Source: Haplodiscus bocki
Lineage: Eukaryota
Length of the DNA stretch: 64,000 bases
Reading direction: 5' to 3'
Assembly: GCA_965655095.1 (NCBI GenBank)
Contig: OZ296650.1
Coordinates: forward strand, 109,864,001 to 109,928,000
This document shows, one piece after another, positions 42,411 through 54,910 of the stretch. The first letter of the stretch is position 1. Every line of letters begins with the position of its first letter. The notes beneath the pieces were generated by a model. That model was not told the DNA's origin. It saw only the letters and a program-made list of their open reading frames with translations, and made no database searches. The translations under genes were made by a program, and so were the position numbers.

Positions 42411-42798
42411 ATTAGTATATAGAACATGCAGCTAATCAGAACGAACATGAAGCTAATAAACTAGTTTCGGCGAAGACATAGTTTTCAAAGAAGCGGCTGC
42501 TCGTGGTAACAATAAAGCAACTTGACAGTTTTTAGCCAGCACAACAGATGATCAAGCCACTCACTATCACTCGAAATTTTAAGCCAGCAATTTGCGCTTC
42601 TTCCAGTTAAACCAACAATGGTCAAAAAACTTTTCCGCAAAAACATCCTTTCACTCGATCACAAAAATTGACCACCAGTAATGCTGATTTCATTCAACCA
42701 ATTTGTTCAATAGACACTGAAATCCTTTAGAGTTATCAATTATCATTCCCAAAGCCGAAGCTGAGAAACTTGATTAACGATAGAACAGTAAAAATAAC

Positions 42799-43119
42799 CT
42801 TTTGGGTCACTGAAATTGCCATTGAAAGCAGTGTTTTTTGTCACAGCAGCTGAAGCCTCGTCCTTGGCCGAGGAAGGAAAGGGGACACTCGAATGAACAT
42901 GGGTAGTTTTGTGAGTGGCCGCTACCAGCTTGGAGCTTCCCACGCGTGCCATTGTGGCGTTTCTGATCATCTTCATCTTGTGGTTCCTAATTGCGAAATA
43001 GATGGCCGTGTAGGAAGCGGTTATTGAGACAATGGTGAGACACATCACAACTACCATCAGCCAATCGGATATGAACATGATTACAGTCATGTGCACATTC
43101 GGCACACAACTAGCCAGCC
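42799..43119 (-). CDS. Class A GPCR exon 4 (ECL2 Cys, TM5, start of ICL3)
   Basis: Junctions actttcag|GG...AAAAG|gttatt; 321 nt, phase 1-1. Translates LASCVPNVHMTVIMFISDWLMVVVMCLTIVSITASYTAIYFAIRNHKMK, with a typical TM5 'SYxxIY...R' end followed by a hydrophilic loop. Confidence 0.85.
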
Positions 43120-43146
43120 CTGAAAGTCAAAATACACGCTTCGTAT

Positions 43147-43383
43147 TCATAGCTCCCAGAATAAATTATGATGAGCCCATAGCTCAAAAAGTTAAAATGC
43201 TGTTCAGTATTGCCCGGGCGGATTTTTGCTACCTTCATATCGTTTATTCAGTCCTCTCTGCGGGTGCCATGAGCGTCCTCGCGTAGACCGGCAGACCGTG
43301 GATACTCACATGGCGCCGCTGGTTGAAATTGATTACAATATGAGTCTGATTTATGGAGCTATCAACTTTCGGAGCTACGGGAC
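43147..43383. mobile_element. Possible small MITE with imperfect terminal inverted repeats
   Basis: cccatagctcaaaaagtt (~43176) is inverted relative to aactttcggagctacggg (~43365), and (c)atagctc/gagcta motifs recur at both ends. No TSD identified. Confidence 0.4.
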
Positions 43384-43829
43384 GTCTATCCCAGCATAAA
43401 AATATCATTATTCTCAGTCCATCTCCAGCGGTCCAAGCGTTCGATCGCCCACTGTATCATCTTTATCAACGAGAACGATTGATAATCTGGCCCGAAACTC
43501 ATTCTCCAGACTAAAATTGAAAATTTTTAATTTGAATTTGCCAGTCAGTCCCACGGTGAGGTACTTCCTCCCTAAGCGTCGTAGCCAAGTTGGATTAACT
43601 TCAATAAAAACGCAGATGGTCACAACTTTGCCCAGTTACCAGCACGGATCAAAAACAGGAAATTCTATTTCGCCGCCCACTCTCACTATCAGTTACTTTC
43701 TCTCTAACAGCGGCACGAAGGTTGCATTAATTCCAAAGTTTCTTGATGTTCTTACTGCATGCATGAGGCTCTCCTCACTACTTTCTCTATCATCATGAAC
43801 CACTGTAATCAAAAGGGAAACTTTCAATG

Positions 43830-44290
43830 ATTTGAAGATTTTCGCCAACTGCATTTTCACATCCTGGCAAAAGCCAGACCTTTGCCCTGATACTACGCCT
43901 TATCCAAAATGGAACAATTTCCCAATTCAAATTTGTCAGCCTCTCCTACTTCCATGTACTTCCTAACTAACCACTGAAGAAGGTAGAAATAATTTCGATG
44001 TTTAACAATTTTTCTTATGCCATGCATTCCCATCGCCTGTGAAGGACCACACCTTTACTGGGATACCACCCCACGCTAGAATGGAAAACTATTGCAATTT
44101 TGACTTCAGAGGTCACTCTCACAACTTATCATCTCATTCTACCATACCCCTGTACCCCAGTTGAATATCTCAATGTAGTCAAGATTTTTTCATTCATCGT
44201 GATATTGCCCCGGGTTAAAACTGACAACTTTCAAACCGCCTCAACTTCCCCGGTCAATCCTATTAATGGAGTTCCCCTGTAAAAGTTAGC
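43830..44290. repeat. Same degenerate ~175 bp repeat family as 25780-26910
   Basis: gccagacctttgccctgatactac (~43872) and accacacctttactgggatacc (~44046) match the 25.8-26.9 kb unit. Confidence 0.55.
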
Positions 44291-45068
44291 GAGTTACCAG
44301 AAACTTTTTATTTGTGCAATCTCACCGCTTTTATGCTGGACCAATGGATCCTTTTTTATCTTAGTCCCCGCAAATTGGGGAAAAAGGATTCGAAATTTGT
44401 TATGCTTTCACTGGGGAACATTCAAAAAAGTTTGAATTTGCGCGACCTCAAAGCCAGTATGATGTGCCATAGGGTCTCGCTTGTACTCAAACGCAGCTTT
44501 GCTGCGTTTGGAAAGTTCGGAAAATATCGTACGAAAAAAAACATGAAAAAATGAACACTATAAGTACATCGTAAAATTGAAATTCTCCGAAGTCCTTAAA
44601 AAAACAATATCACCGTGTAGAGGCTATCTAAATTTTTTCACAACCTCTAAGTACCCAAAAGCCCTTACTCAAAATTGACACAACTATGCTTACATACATT
44701 TGATCGTTTTTCCTTAACCTTATCAAATTGGTTTTATCTCTACGTTAATTTTATACCTATTTCTTTTATTCGGCGCGTGTAAACAAGCCCGACAAGAGGC
44801 CTAATTTTTCGGTGTTTTTCTTCGAACAGGATGTATTCACAGATTTTGCTGATTCCGTCATTGGCCAATACGTAACCGCTTTCGCTTACACGTAATATAC
44901 CTGGTAAAAGGCACCTTATACCAAGAGTGAGCGTATGCTTATTCATACTAGTAATATACCATGCAGACTTTAGCAGTTACCGGCAAACCCAAAGTGAGCT
45001 TGCGAAAATGGTTCGGCGAGTTTCTGGAGAGGAAGAATTAAATGTTTGGCGAGCCTTAGTTTACCAAC

Positions 45069-45257
45069 CTGTTAGTGTTCCCAAAGCAATGGAGACGAGG
45101 AGTCCGCAGATGATGAGTTTGACACACAGCGAATTGGTGAGGTAAGACTCGAACGGGAAACAAACTAGAAAAAATCGGTCAACTGCAATCTCCATCAGAA
45201 GCGAATTTGACTGGGTGAACACCATGTAGAACACAATGTGGTAGAACATGCATACCC
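45069..45257 (-). CDS. Class A GPCR exon 3 (TM3, ICL2, TM4)
   Basis: Junctions tttttacag|GG...ACAG|gttggt; 189 nt, phase 1-1. Translates GVCMFYHIVFYMVFTQSNSLLMEIAVDRFFLVCFP..., with the TM3 Cys and a DRF variant of DRY. Confidence 0.9.
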
Positions 45258-45728
45258 CTGTAAAAACTAGAACCTACTTAGATATATTTGTTTCATGACG
45301 ACAGAAAAAAAACACTTAACAAATATCATCTATTTTTGCACAACCTAAAGGTTATTGCGACCAAACTTCCCAAGGAAAGCCAACAATAATTCAAAGTTGA
45401 TGAGGTAGTTTCGGCATGCAATAAACACTGTTATGGAATTCAGGACCAATACCGCCAACAACGGATCGACTTTTGCTTCTGGTCGCTTAACTTTACTACT
45501 TTTTAAAAGTTAACTTTGAAATTGTTTTCACATTGCTATCAGCTAAAAAAACTCGTTCAGAAGTGTGGCACAATAGCTTTTAGTTATGATTTGTAAAACG
45601 AAGCTTTCCTTCGAATGTTTAACTTACCTTTTCAAGACATGCTGCAAATGGAAAAGCTTTTTTGGAAATATACGTCACTGGCTGTCAGTGTCACCCCAGA
45701 GACCGGCTGACGATCTAATTATACTCAC

Positions 45729-45836
45729 CGACATTTTGCAGACCGGCGAAACTGGTCCAGTACATCCAAACATCCATGGGGACCACCACTCCGCTTCCCA
45801 CCAGATCATTGATTGCCAAAGCCAGAACAAGAACAT
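45729..45836 (-). CDS. Class A GPCR exon 2 (TM2 + ECL1); not in the ORF track
   Basis: Junctions ttgtttaag|AT...GTCG|gtgagt; 108 nt, phase 1-1. Translates (D)VLVLALAINDLVGSGVVVPMDVWMYWTSFAGLQNV, with the TM2 LAxxD motif and proline. Confidence 0.9.
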
Positions 45837-46149
45837 CTTAAACAATCCCGGAACACTTGATTACGCACAGCCCATAAGACTCAAAATATCTAAGGTGGGA
45901 GTCAAAAAATGGGGGTGGTGCAATTGAATGCAATCATTTTTCCAGTAACTGAAACTGTATCTTGATAAAATACATTTAAACGAACTGAACTGAATCTTTG
46001 TAACTGAATTTCAACTTCAAAAAACCTTCGATAGATAAGCCAATTTATTGGTGAGAGCAATCTTTTTTCGGCCCTTCGAAATTCGAAATGATGCGCGGAA
46101 GTTGAAACTCAACATACGAATAAAAATTATATATCCTAAATTAGACTTT

Positions 46150-46595
46150 GGGTCTTTTCCGTTTCTTCCCCCCCCAGCGGATTATCCCCCCCCCCCCCCC
46201 CCCCAGTCGAAGCTGTGGCTGCTGCTACCAGTGTACATGTATTTTATTCACTGAATACATCTTTCGCGAGTCAGTGCACACAATTCACAAATCTCAAGTA
46301 CCTTCCAAGAAGCTGACTGCTCGCTGAAGCTAGTTAAAATAAACAAACAGGTATTTGCAATAACTTTATTAAGCAGAAACTTGAACCATACTGCTCAGCT
46401 GAGCATATCAGCTAGGGGGGGGGGGGGAATAATAATTTTGTCAGTAGGGCTGGGGGGGGGGGGGGGGGGAAGAAACGGAAAAGACCCGACGTTTTCAGTG
46501 AATAAATACATGTACACTGGTAGCAGCAGCTACAGCTTCGACTGGGGGGGGGGGGGGGAATAATCCGCTGGGGGGGGAGGGAACGGAAAAGAGCC
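46150..46595. mobile_element. Foldback/MITE with ~105-bp TIRs and an 8-bp TSD (hAT- or MULE-like)
   Basis: 46150-46255 is the near-perfect reverse complement of 46494-46595. Direct repeat TAGACTTT at 46142-46149 and 46596-46603. Long poly-C and poly-G tracts. Confidence 0.88.
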
Positions 46596-49500
46596 TAGAC
46601 TTTTTTGCCTAATTAGATTTCGATTTTGCAGAATAACCTTGAGCATAATTGAAATTAACTGAAACGGAGGGCATATTCGAAGTCATTTGAAACTGAATTC
46701 CAACTTTTTTGTGACAAAAACTGTAATTATCACTCAAATGGGTTTTGAATTTCATCACTAGTAGCGTATTACAAAAAGTACGGAAAAAACAAAATGGTGT
46801 TTTTTGAAAAAAAAAAGGGTAGACTTGCTTGATCTCTAACTCGTACCTATGGCACAAGCGGCTTTTTGTCGTACCTTCTAAACCACGGGGTCCTCCAGAC
46901 TTTCGTTTGTATTCACTTTCATTCGCTTCAAGTTCGGACCATAAAAATCCACCGTAATTTTTAGCAGTGAGAAAAACGAATCATTGTAATAGTCTCCTTT
47001 TTATTAAAGAATAAAAACGCCTCTTTTGAAGAACACTCCGTTACAAGACTCCTGTATGAATGCCCATACCCTTGTATTCCCGTATCAATCACAGCACACT
47101 GATAAGATATTCCAGTTGTCAACAAACAACGATATTCATCCAAATTCAGAAGATCACTTACTTTTATAACCTCTTCAATAAAAATCCGCAGACGCCAAGG
47201 TGAAAGAAAAATTTCCTTCATTGAGCGAAGAAATTAGCATGGTCTAAAAGGGAGGAAGTGAGCCAATTTCACATGAACCGATTGACAATTTTCAAAAGAG
47301 TAAACGAAAATATCACGAAAATTAAGTTGACGTTGCGAAAAAATTTGAATCACTCAGAACCACCACAAGTGGATTCAACATGTAACAGCACTCGAAAGTA
47401 AGTAGAGACGTTCACTTGCTATGCTATATTAGTTGAAAAGAATGATTTTCACATCCGGATCTCAAGAATAAGCAAAAGCAGACTTCTTCAGTTCCACCCA
47501 AAATTCATACTCAGTCGATCTGGCGACTTGTGTGCTTGGATTAGAAATTATTTTATTCTAAATTCAACTACTTATCAGTTAAGAAGTTGGTTAACCCTAA
47601 TTGACTTTACGCTGCTTTAAAGCAGCCAACCGTTCCGTTTTTTTTTTCAATTTCCGAATCCATTAACCACAAACATACCAAATTTTTCACATTGTTTCAA
47701 TTTCTCCAGCTGGAACAGCAATAGGGTTTGAAGCGGCACTTCTGAGTCTGCCCTTGAAAAATGTGCGCTTTTCTCGTCAAAAATTTCAGATATCATGAAA
47801 ATTATGGGAAAAGATTTTTTTTTCAAAACGCTTGCCGTATAGGAGGCGACAACCTTGAATCATCACACACCCATGCCTTGCTCGTAGAAACTTGATAGTA
47901 GGCCGTTGTTTCTACAAGCACCACGTAGTGGGCTGCTTGAAGGGCGGAATGGTCGTAAAGCAGCGGTGCCGGAAAGAAAACTAAACTTCTGAAGAAGTGG
48001 ACGCACGGTGACATGGGCTCACCGGACCAGAATAATGTAGCTTCCGAACGCGCTATTATCTATTTCCCAGATATGCGTTGTTTTTGCGATATTCAAATTT
48101 GATTTTTTTTCCACAATTTTTCCCGAATTTCGCAAAAATTGTCTAGGTGAATTGCGGTTAAGTGGATTCAACATTCCTCAATAAGTGCTTTAACTCGAAT
48201 TCTCAAAAAAAGCTTGCTGAGAATACAGACACCGATGGGTGAGTCATTTACTCGTAGTCAGTAGAATGGTCAGAAGAAAACTTTTAAGAAGCTTAATTTT
48301 CAAGTTAAAGAGTGAACCAAATATAAATAATATTTTGAATATTTTGGCGATGACGCCATAAAATTCAAACCGAATCAGAAATCGAATGACTTGGAGATTA
48401 AAACACAATAAAATCACTACGCGCCAATCTGGCGACATCTCATTGGCTGAGAACAGAAGTTGCTAACAAGTTTGCCAAAAAAATAAAGGCAATAAATGCG
48501 GAGAAAGAAGTTGATGTATAAAATAGGGTTGCTTGGGACGTCGCATCGATGTAGATTATTTGGACATGGCTATTGAAACGAGCACCAGCATGGAAGCATG
48601 ACTTTCAGAACGAAAAATGCGATTCAAATTACGAATTTTCGACAGCATTATTCTATCCATCCGTAATTACGGAGTAAAAAACTTCAATCATAACAAACAA
48701 AATGACGAAAAACCTGGACAGCTCATGTACCAGCTGCTACCACACGAATCAATGATTTTTGGTTCCAACAATTTACAGGCAAAATTCAGCGTTACAGAAA
48801 ACTTTGGTGTTTCAGTCTTGTCTTAACTTTTGGGTCAGGAACTGTGTTACAATTTCAAGTAAGCTTTATGGCATTTTGGTTGTCCTACAGCTCTAGGCCT
48901 TTTGGAAGACATAGTTTAGTTTTCACCTTTGTACTCACATCAGTATCTCCAAAGAAATGACGAATCAAGTTCACAATCAGCTCCCCCCCCCCACTCTCGA
49001 TTTAGTTTGCAAACCAATTATGAGCTTAATGAATGTGACTGAGCAGGGGACAGTTTTCGTATAATATCGAAAATGTGACTTCTGACCAAAGGTATGGCAT
49101 TCTCGGAACTTTTGCAAAAAAAAGCGCCCCAAAGACCGATTTTCAAACCAAATAACGATGGAGCGGCCATTCATTACCCCATATTTTCCCACCTGCTTGA
49201 TTGATACAGGACGATTGAATTGTTCCAAATTAAAGCGATGAACTCTGAGAAAAACGTATTTGGAAAAAGACGCCACGGTTTTTTTGGAAATTTAAAATAC
49301 AAAGTCATGTATGAGGGTATTTCTCGCTCTAAAAACCCCCATGTCCTGCGAAAAAAAAACGAATATTTTGTTCTCAGGATTCTTATTAACCTAATGATTA
49401 TGACTGAGCTGTAGACAACATTCAAACGATGGTGATAGTTTTCAATCGAAAATTTTATTTTTGGGTGTTTTGGCCACAAAAAGCACCCTGTAGACCGATG

Positions 49501-52500
49501 ACTCCCCTTGACATATCTACGGACTAACAGGTACAAATGGACGCGAAAAATCTGATCCCCGATATCAGTAAAGCAAGCCAAAGGAGAAGCCAAGCGAAAT
49601 TCATCCAACATCTCATCTTGTGCGAGTGGTGACAAAAGGCGGTTTGCAAGCTCTAAAAAGATTTTACTTCTAACAGTAAAAATTCATGTGAGACAAAATC
49701 ACCGATTTTAGAAGAAAATAACACCGTCCATTTGATCATACAGATCGCCTGTTTTTCATTCTCAGCAAAGATTAAAGGAGTTCAAGATTTAAAAAAGGTA
49801 CTGGCCTAAAAATCGATAATTAGCAATTGAACTATCATTATGATAAAGAAATGGTTCTACCTCATAATACAAAAAGCCCAAAAAAACCAAGCGTAAAATA
49901 GTCAAAGATCAAAATAGTCAAAGAAAAAAATTTAGACCAAAATCTTGAGTTTTTGAGCTGCTGTAAAAGGCCAAGTTTGAAAATCTCGAAGGCCATGACC
50001 CGCAAATAATGGGAATTGCTAGTCAAAATCTGCAAAAATAAAATGTGTCACCTAATGAAACTGAAATACCACGCCAATAAAACAACCTTCTTTAGTTTTT
50101 GTGGAACATATTTTTCTGATTTCTTTCCTGGTATCCCCGAGAAGACAATTTCTGAATATTTTGGTGACAGCGTTTTAATTGTTTTCCGGAAAATTTGTGA
50201 TTTCAGAGGAGTTCGGTACATCAAAAAAAGGGGCGGGTACTGCAAATGTAGCTATATGGAAAACAGGGTTTCATGAAAATTCTGGTTTTTGCATTTGCCT
50301 CAAAAATTGAAATAATTTGAATTTAGGTAAAGGTATTTCAGTTTCATTTAGTAAATGGTAAAATATTCGCTACTAATCGATAACTACACCAAGACGCTTT
50401 TATCAGAGAATCAATTTTGATGGCAGTTTGTTCTCAATTACAAAATCGGGTTTTTTCTCATTTACAAAATCGCTAGTTTTAAAAAACGGCGGTTCTGTTT
50501 CATTATTGAAAGCAGCGGTTTTGTTCTGCTCTCCTTGACTTTATGGAAAACTCAAAAGTTCAATTTAAATTTCTACTTTGAAAATTCTTCGATAGCAATT
50601 TTTCAGTATATTATTCATCCGTTACAAGGGAGTTTTCTTACATTTCCAGTAGCATTTTCGATGAAAAGACTGTCGCTTTCGGTTTTGCCAAAAAGCGGTT
50701 ACTTCACTGACAGATGTCAACCTAAACGGACGAAAAAACCCGTCGCTGTTATGGAAAGAGACTTTTGAAAAGCACCAAGTTTAAATGTTATTCATTTTCA
50801 TTTTCTAGACGTTTCGGGTTAAATATCCAGAAAACATAGCCGCCCGTAATAGAAAGTCGGAATGCCGAAATAGTCGTTAACATTGCGCAAAAAAATCTAA
50901 GTTTTTCAGCCAGTTAATTTTTTGGATATTTGCTTTCAATAAACAACTTGTAGATGGTTATTCTGCTTCTACAGTGGGCACACATCACTGACACTTGTGT
51001 AGGGCTGAACAATTGTTCTCTTAAGCGATCAGAAATTGAGAAAAAATTGCAAAATTTTGTAGGGCTCGAATTTGTCTTTGAATTTTTGAACATTTATTTA
51101 TCCTTGACGCACTATTTGTGGTATTTCTGAATGGAACTCCTTGTCATAAAATAGAAGCCTCTTTTATTCACCAGATTTTATTCACCAATTTTATTCAGCA
51201 AGTTGATTTTATACACCAGATAAATTCATGTATTATATTATTAAGGGATTCCATAAAGTTTTGAGATAGGCTCTCAGAAACTATAGGGTCTAATCCCTTT
51301 ATTTCCCCTAAAGTTCCCAGGGTTTACTTTTTCATTAGTATACTGACAAGTGATTCCGCAAAAGTAGTTTATTATTCTGGAACGTCCGACAAATAATTGC
51401 AAATCAACATTCTGTAAATTATTACAATAATAGCACTCGAAATAATTTCAGAATTTTTGAAAGTTATTGCAAACAAATGTTTTCCAACCCATCGGTATTT
51501 CCGATGAAGAGAACAACATGCCATCAGGGATTGAAAGTAACCAGAATTTAGGGTTTACTCGACTGAATTGTCTTGCAAAGGAGTTTGGTACTTTCAGAAT
51601 ATCCTCCAGAGTACAATGAAGTTCTGTTTATTGGAGTAGATTGTTTGCATTTGTAACAATTATAGTTGAAATGTGAAAAAGAATTCCACATCTTGTTCCA
51701 TGAAAAATGGCCAAAATTTTTCTGCAATAAATAATTTTTGAAGGAAAATGTGCAAAAACAAATTATTTATGGCAATTATTTTTGCAGAATCCCAAATACT
51801 GACGGGGAAATCAAAATTTTGTTGATTTGCGCGCTCTTACCGCTACTGTGATGGTCCATACGGTCACTATTGTACCCCCACGTAGCTATGCTCCGTTTTG
51901 AAAAAAAAACCGAAAAATTTGAGAATGTCGCACGAAAATCATCATGTCCGGCGGAGTGGCAAAATGTCCTACGCAAAAGCGTCAAAAACAACCAAACCAA
52001 AAACCGAGTAACACTATAATAGTAAAATTAAAATTTTCTGAACTCCTAAAAACGGCAATCGAAAATAGTTTCCGCTGTAGTCTATATGGAAAAACAATGA
52101 TTTCGATGAAATATACGGTTGAAAAAACAACGAAATAGTCATGGAGAAAAATAAAAAATTCTGCATCTCCCACTTGAGATTGATCCCGGATGAAAGTGAA
52201 TGCAGACTTTTTTGAACACAACTGATGCACTTTCCACCTCGACGCATTGCTCTGCGCAAAAAAAAAGATTTTCCACAGCATTTTGACCACTGTTGTTCAA
52301 TTATATGCAACTTTCACAAAATTCGCCCATTATGAACACTAAAGAAGTATCAACAGCTAAGACAGTACCAAGGTCAAAATAGGAAAAGTAATAGTTTACG
52401 TCAAATGAACAGAGATAAAATCACTTTCAAAAAGATTTGCTACACATCTGTTGCATTAATGAAGACTTGGTAACAATTTCCAATAAGCATTTCACACATT

Positions 52501-53350
52501 CCAGCGAATTCTGAATCAAAAGTGCTCATTGAATGAAATCAATTTATGCAGCTTCAACTTTCACATTTGGCATCGATTTTGGACGTATCGAGAGAACTTC
52601 AATGTATCCGAATTTTTGTCCAAAATTTTTGAACAAGGAATGGACCCAACTAACTTTTGATAACCACTTGCATCTTCGTAATTATATTTATGAATAAATT
52701 CCATGATATGTTTGCATGTAACAAAAATTTTACGACGAGGATAATACCGAAATTTTCAGTGATACTCCCTGGTTTACGGCAAAATTTAGGCCACTAGAGG
52801 CATTCATGATAGCACCTTCAAAAATTCTGCTCTGTTCCTGATCTTATGAATTTAAATTGGACATATGTAAACTACTGTAGTTAATTACCAAATTTTACCA
52901 TTTTGACGTTTATGGCGGATAATGGAGTGTGCAATGTACCAATAACAAACTGAATGCAGTACCCAACCCCTGACGTAAGCAACAGAGCTGACGTTAATAC
53001 GCAGCATCTCACGTATACAATAACACTGATGAAACGAAGTTACAATTTTGACGTTACAACTAGGAGCTAGCTATGTTTGAAAAGGTCACGGGTGTACCTA
53101 TAATATCGAATACCTTGGCTTTGATTTTAAATATGAAAAGAGAATCTAAATATGGAAGGAGAATCATCCACTCACCGTGAGCGCTTTTTTGCAAATTAAA
53201 CTTTCCAATTTCAGAATTTGAACAAAATTGTACGATTTAAACACAAAATGAAACAAGAACAAAAAATGGCACTCGGAGAGCGCAGATCCCGCGAAAGCCT
53301 TTGATCTTTCCCTCGCCAAACAAACAAATAAACTGACAAACGAAAAATCT

Positions 53351-54857
53351 TGGCCACACAGAGGTTCGAACTCTCGACCCTCGCGTCTTTAGCACAATGA
53401 TCTTACCGACTGAGCTATAGCGCCGTACTAATTTGATTACGATTATCAGATTACTATTATATGATTGCTTTTATCAGATTAACAAAAAGTTTTGCACACA
53501 CAGAGGTTCGAACTCTCGACCCTCGGGTTTTTAGCACAATGCTCTTACGGACTGAGCTACAGGACCGTACTAATCTGATTAGTCTTATCAGATTACTATT
53601 GTCAGATTACTATTATCCTGGATCTGATTGAAACCTTGATCCAATCAGGATCTCCGGATAACTGTTATCAGGATCCAACAGGAGGTCCTGGATCGTAATG
53701 CAGTCGTTGATATACATCACCTCATATTTTGAGAAAATCTTCTAACAAACAAACAAACAAGCAAACAAACAAACAAACAGACAAACAAAAAAATTTATCC
53801 ACACATAGGTTCGAACTCTCAAACCTCGCGTTTTTAGCACAATGCTCTTACCGACTGAGCTATAGAGCCCTACTCATCTGATTACTATTATCAGATTAGT
53901 ATTATCACATTACTATTATCAGATTAACAAAAAAGTTTGGCCACACAGAGGTTCGAACTCTCGATCCTCGAGTTTTCAGCACAATGCTCTTAACGACTGA
54001 GCTATCGGGCCGCAGGTATCTGATTACTCTTATCAGATTACTATTGTCAGATTACTATTATACTGGACCTGATTGAAATCCTGATCCAATCAGGATCTCC
54101 GGATAACTGTTATCATGATCCAACAGGATATCCTGGATCGTAACCCAGTCGCTGATATACATCACCTCCTCTTTTGAGAAATCCTGCTAACGAGAAAACA
54201 AACAGACAAACAAAAAAATGTGGCCACACAGATGTTCGAACTCTCGACCCTCGCGTTTTTATCACAATGCTCTTACCGACTGCGCTATAGCGCCGTAATA
54301 ATCTGATTACTAGCATCAGATTACTATTGTCAGATTACTATTATCCTGGATCTGATTGAGATCCTGATCCAATCAGGATCTCCGGATAACTGTTATCAGG
54401 ATCCAACAGGATGTCCTGGATCGTAACCCAGTCGTTGATATACATTACCTCATATTTTGAGAAAATCTTCTAACAAACAAACAAACAAACAAAAAAATTT
54501 ATCCACACATAGGTTCGAACTCTCAAACCTCGCGTTTTTAGCACGATGCTCTTACCGACTGACCTATAGGGCCGTACTTATGTCATTACTATTATCAGAT
54601 TACTATTATCAGATTACTATTATCAGATTAACAAAAAGTTTTGGCCACACAGAGTTTCGAACTCTCGACCCTCCCGTTTTTAGCACAATGCTCTTACCGA
54701 CTGAGCTATAGCGCCGTACTCATTTGATTACGATTATCAGATTACTATTGTCAGATTGCTATTATCAGATTAACAAAAAGTTTTGGCAACACAGAGGTTC
54801 GAACTCTGGATCCTCGAGTTTTCAGCACTATGCTCTTAACGACTGAGCTATAGCGCC
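53351..54857 (-). pseudogene. Array of eight ~74-nt tRNA-derived units (tRNA-Ile-like body; anticodon position AAA or GAA)
   Basis: Copies at about 53351, 53494, 53797, 53938, 54221, 54501, 54642 and 54783. Consensus GGCGCTATAGCTCAGTCGGTAAGAGCATTGTGCTAAAAACGCGAGGGTCGAGAGTTCGAACCTCTGTGTGGCCA. D and anticodon stems pair, T stem 4/5, acceptor stem 5/7. A box, B box and downstream T-runs are present. Confidence 0.85.
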
Positions 54858-54910
54858 GTACTTCTCTGATTACTCTTATCAGATTACTTTTATCAGATTA
54901 CTATTATCGA
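53430..54910. repeat. 14-bp minisatellite (ATCAGATTACTATT)n, GATC-rich palindromic blocks and (CAAA)n interleaved with the tRNA-like units
   Basis: Two to three 14-mers flank each tRNA unit. GATC/hairpin blocks occur at ~53615-53740, 54060-54190 and 54343-54470. Confidence 0.9.

Noticed and set aside
44981-45025. Small extra GPCR exon just after exon 3
   Set aside because: The 43-nt candidate breaks frame with the available donors and creates stop codons.
49174-49635. 153-aa ORF
   Set aside because: No recognisable motif; composition fits non-coding AT-rich repeat DNA.
51160-51225. Short (ttttattcacca)n repeats
   Set aside because: An ordinary slippage-type minisatellite with no associated structure.
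53351-54857. CRISPR-like array or cluster of functional tRNA genes
   Set aside because: The spacers are themselves repeats, there are no cas genes, and the context is eukaryotic. The units have acceptor- and T-stem mismatches and copy-specific lesions, so they are called tRNA-derived, not functional tRNAs.
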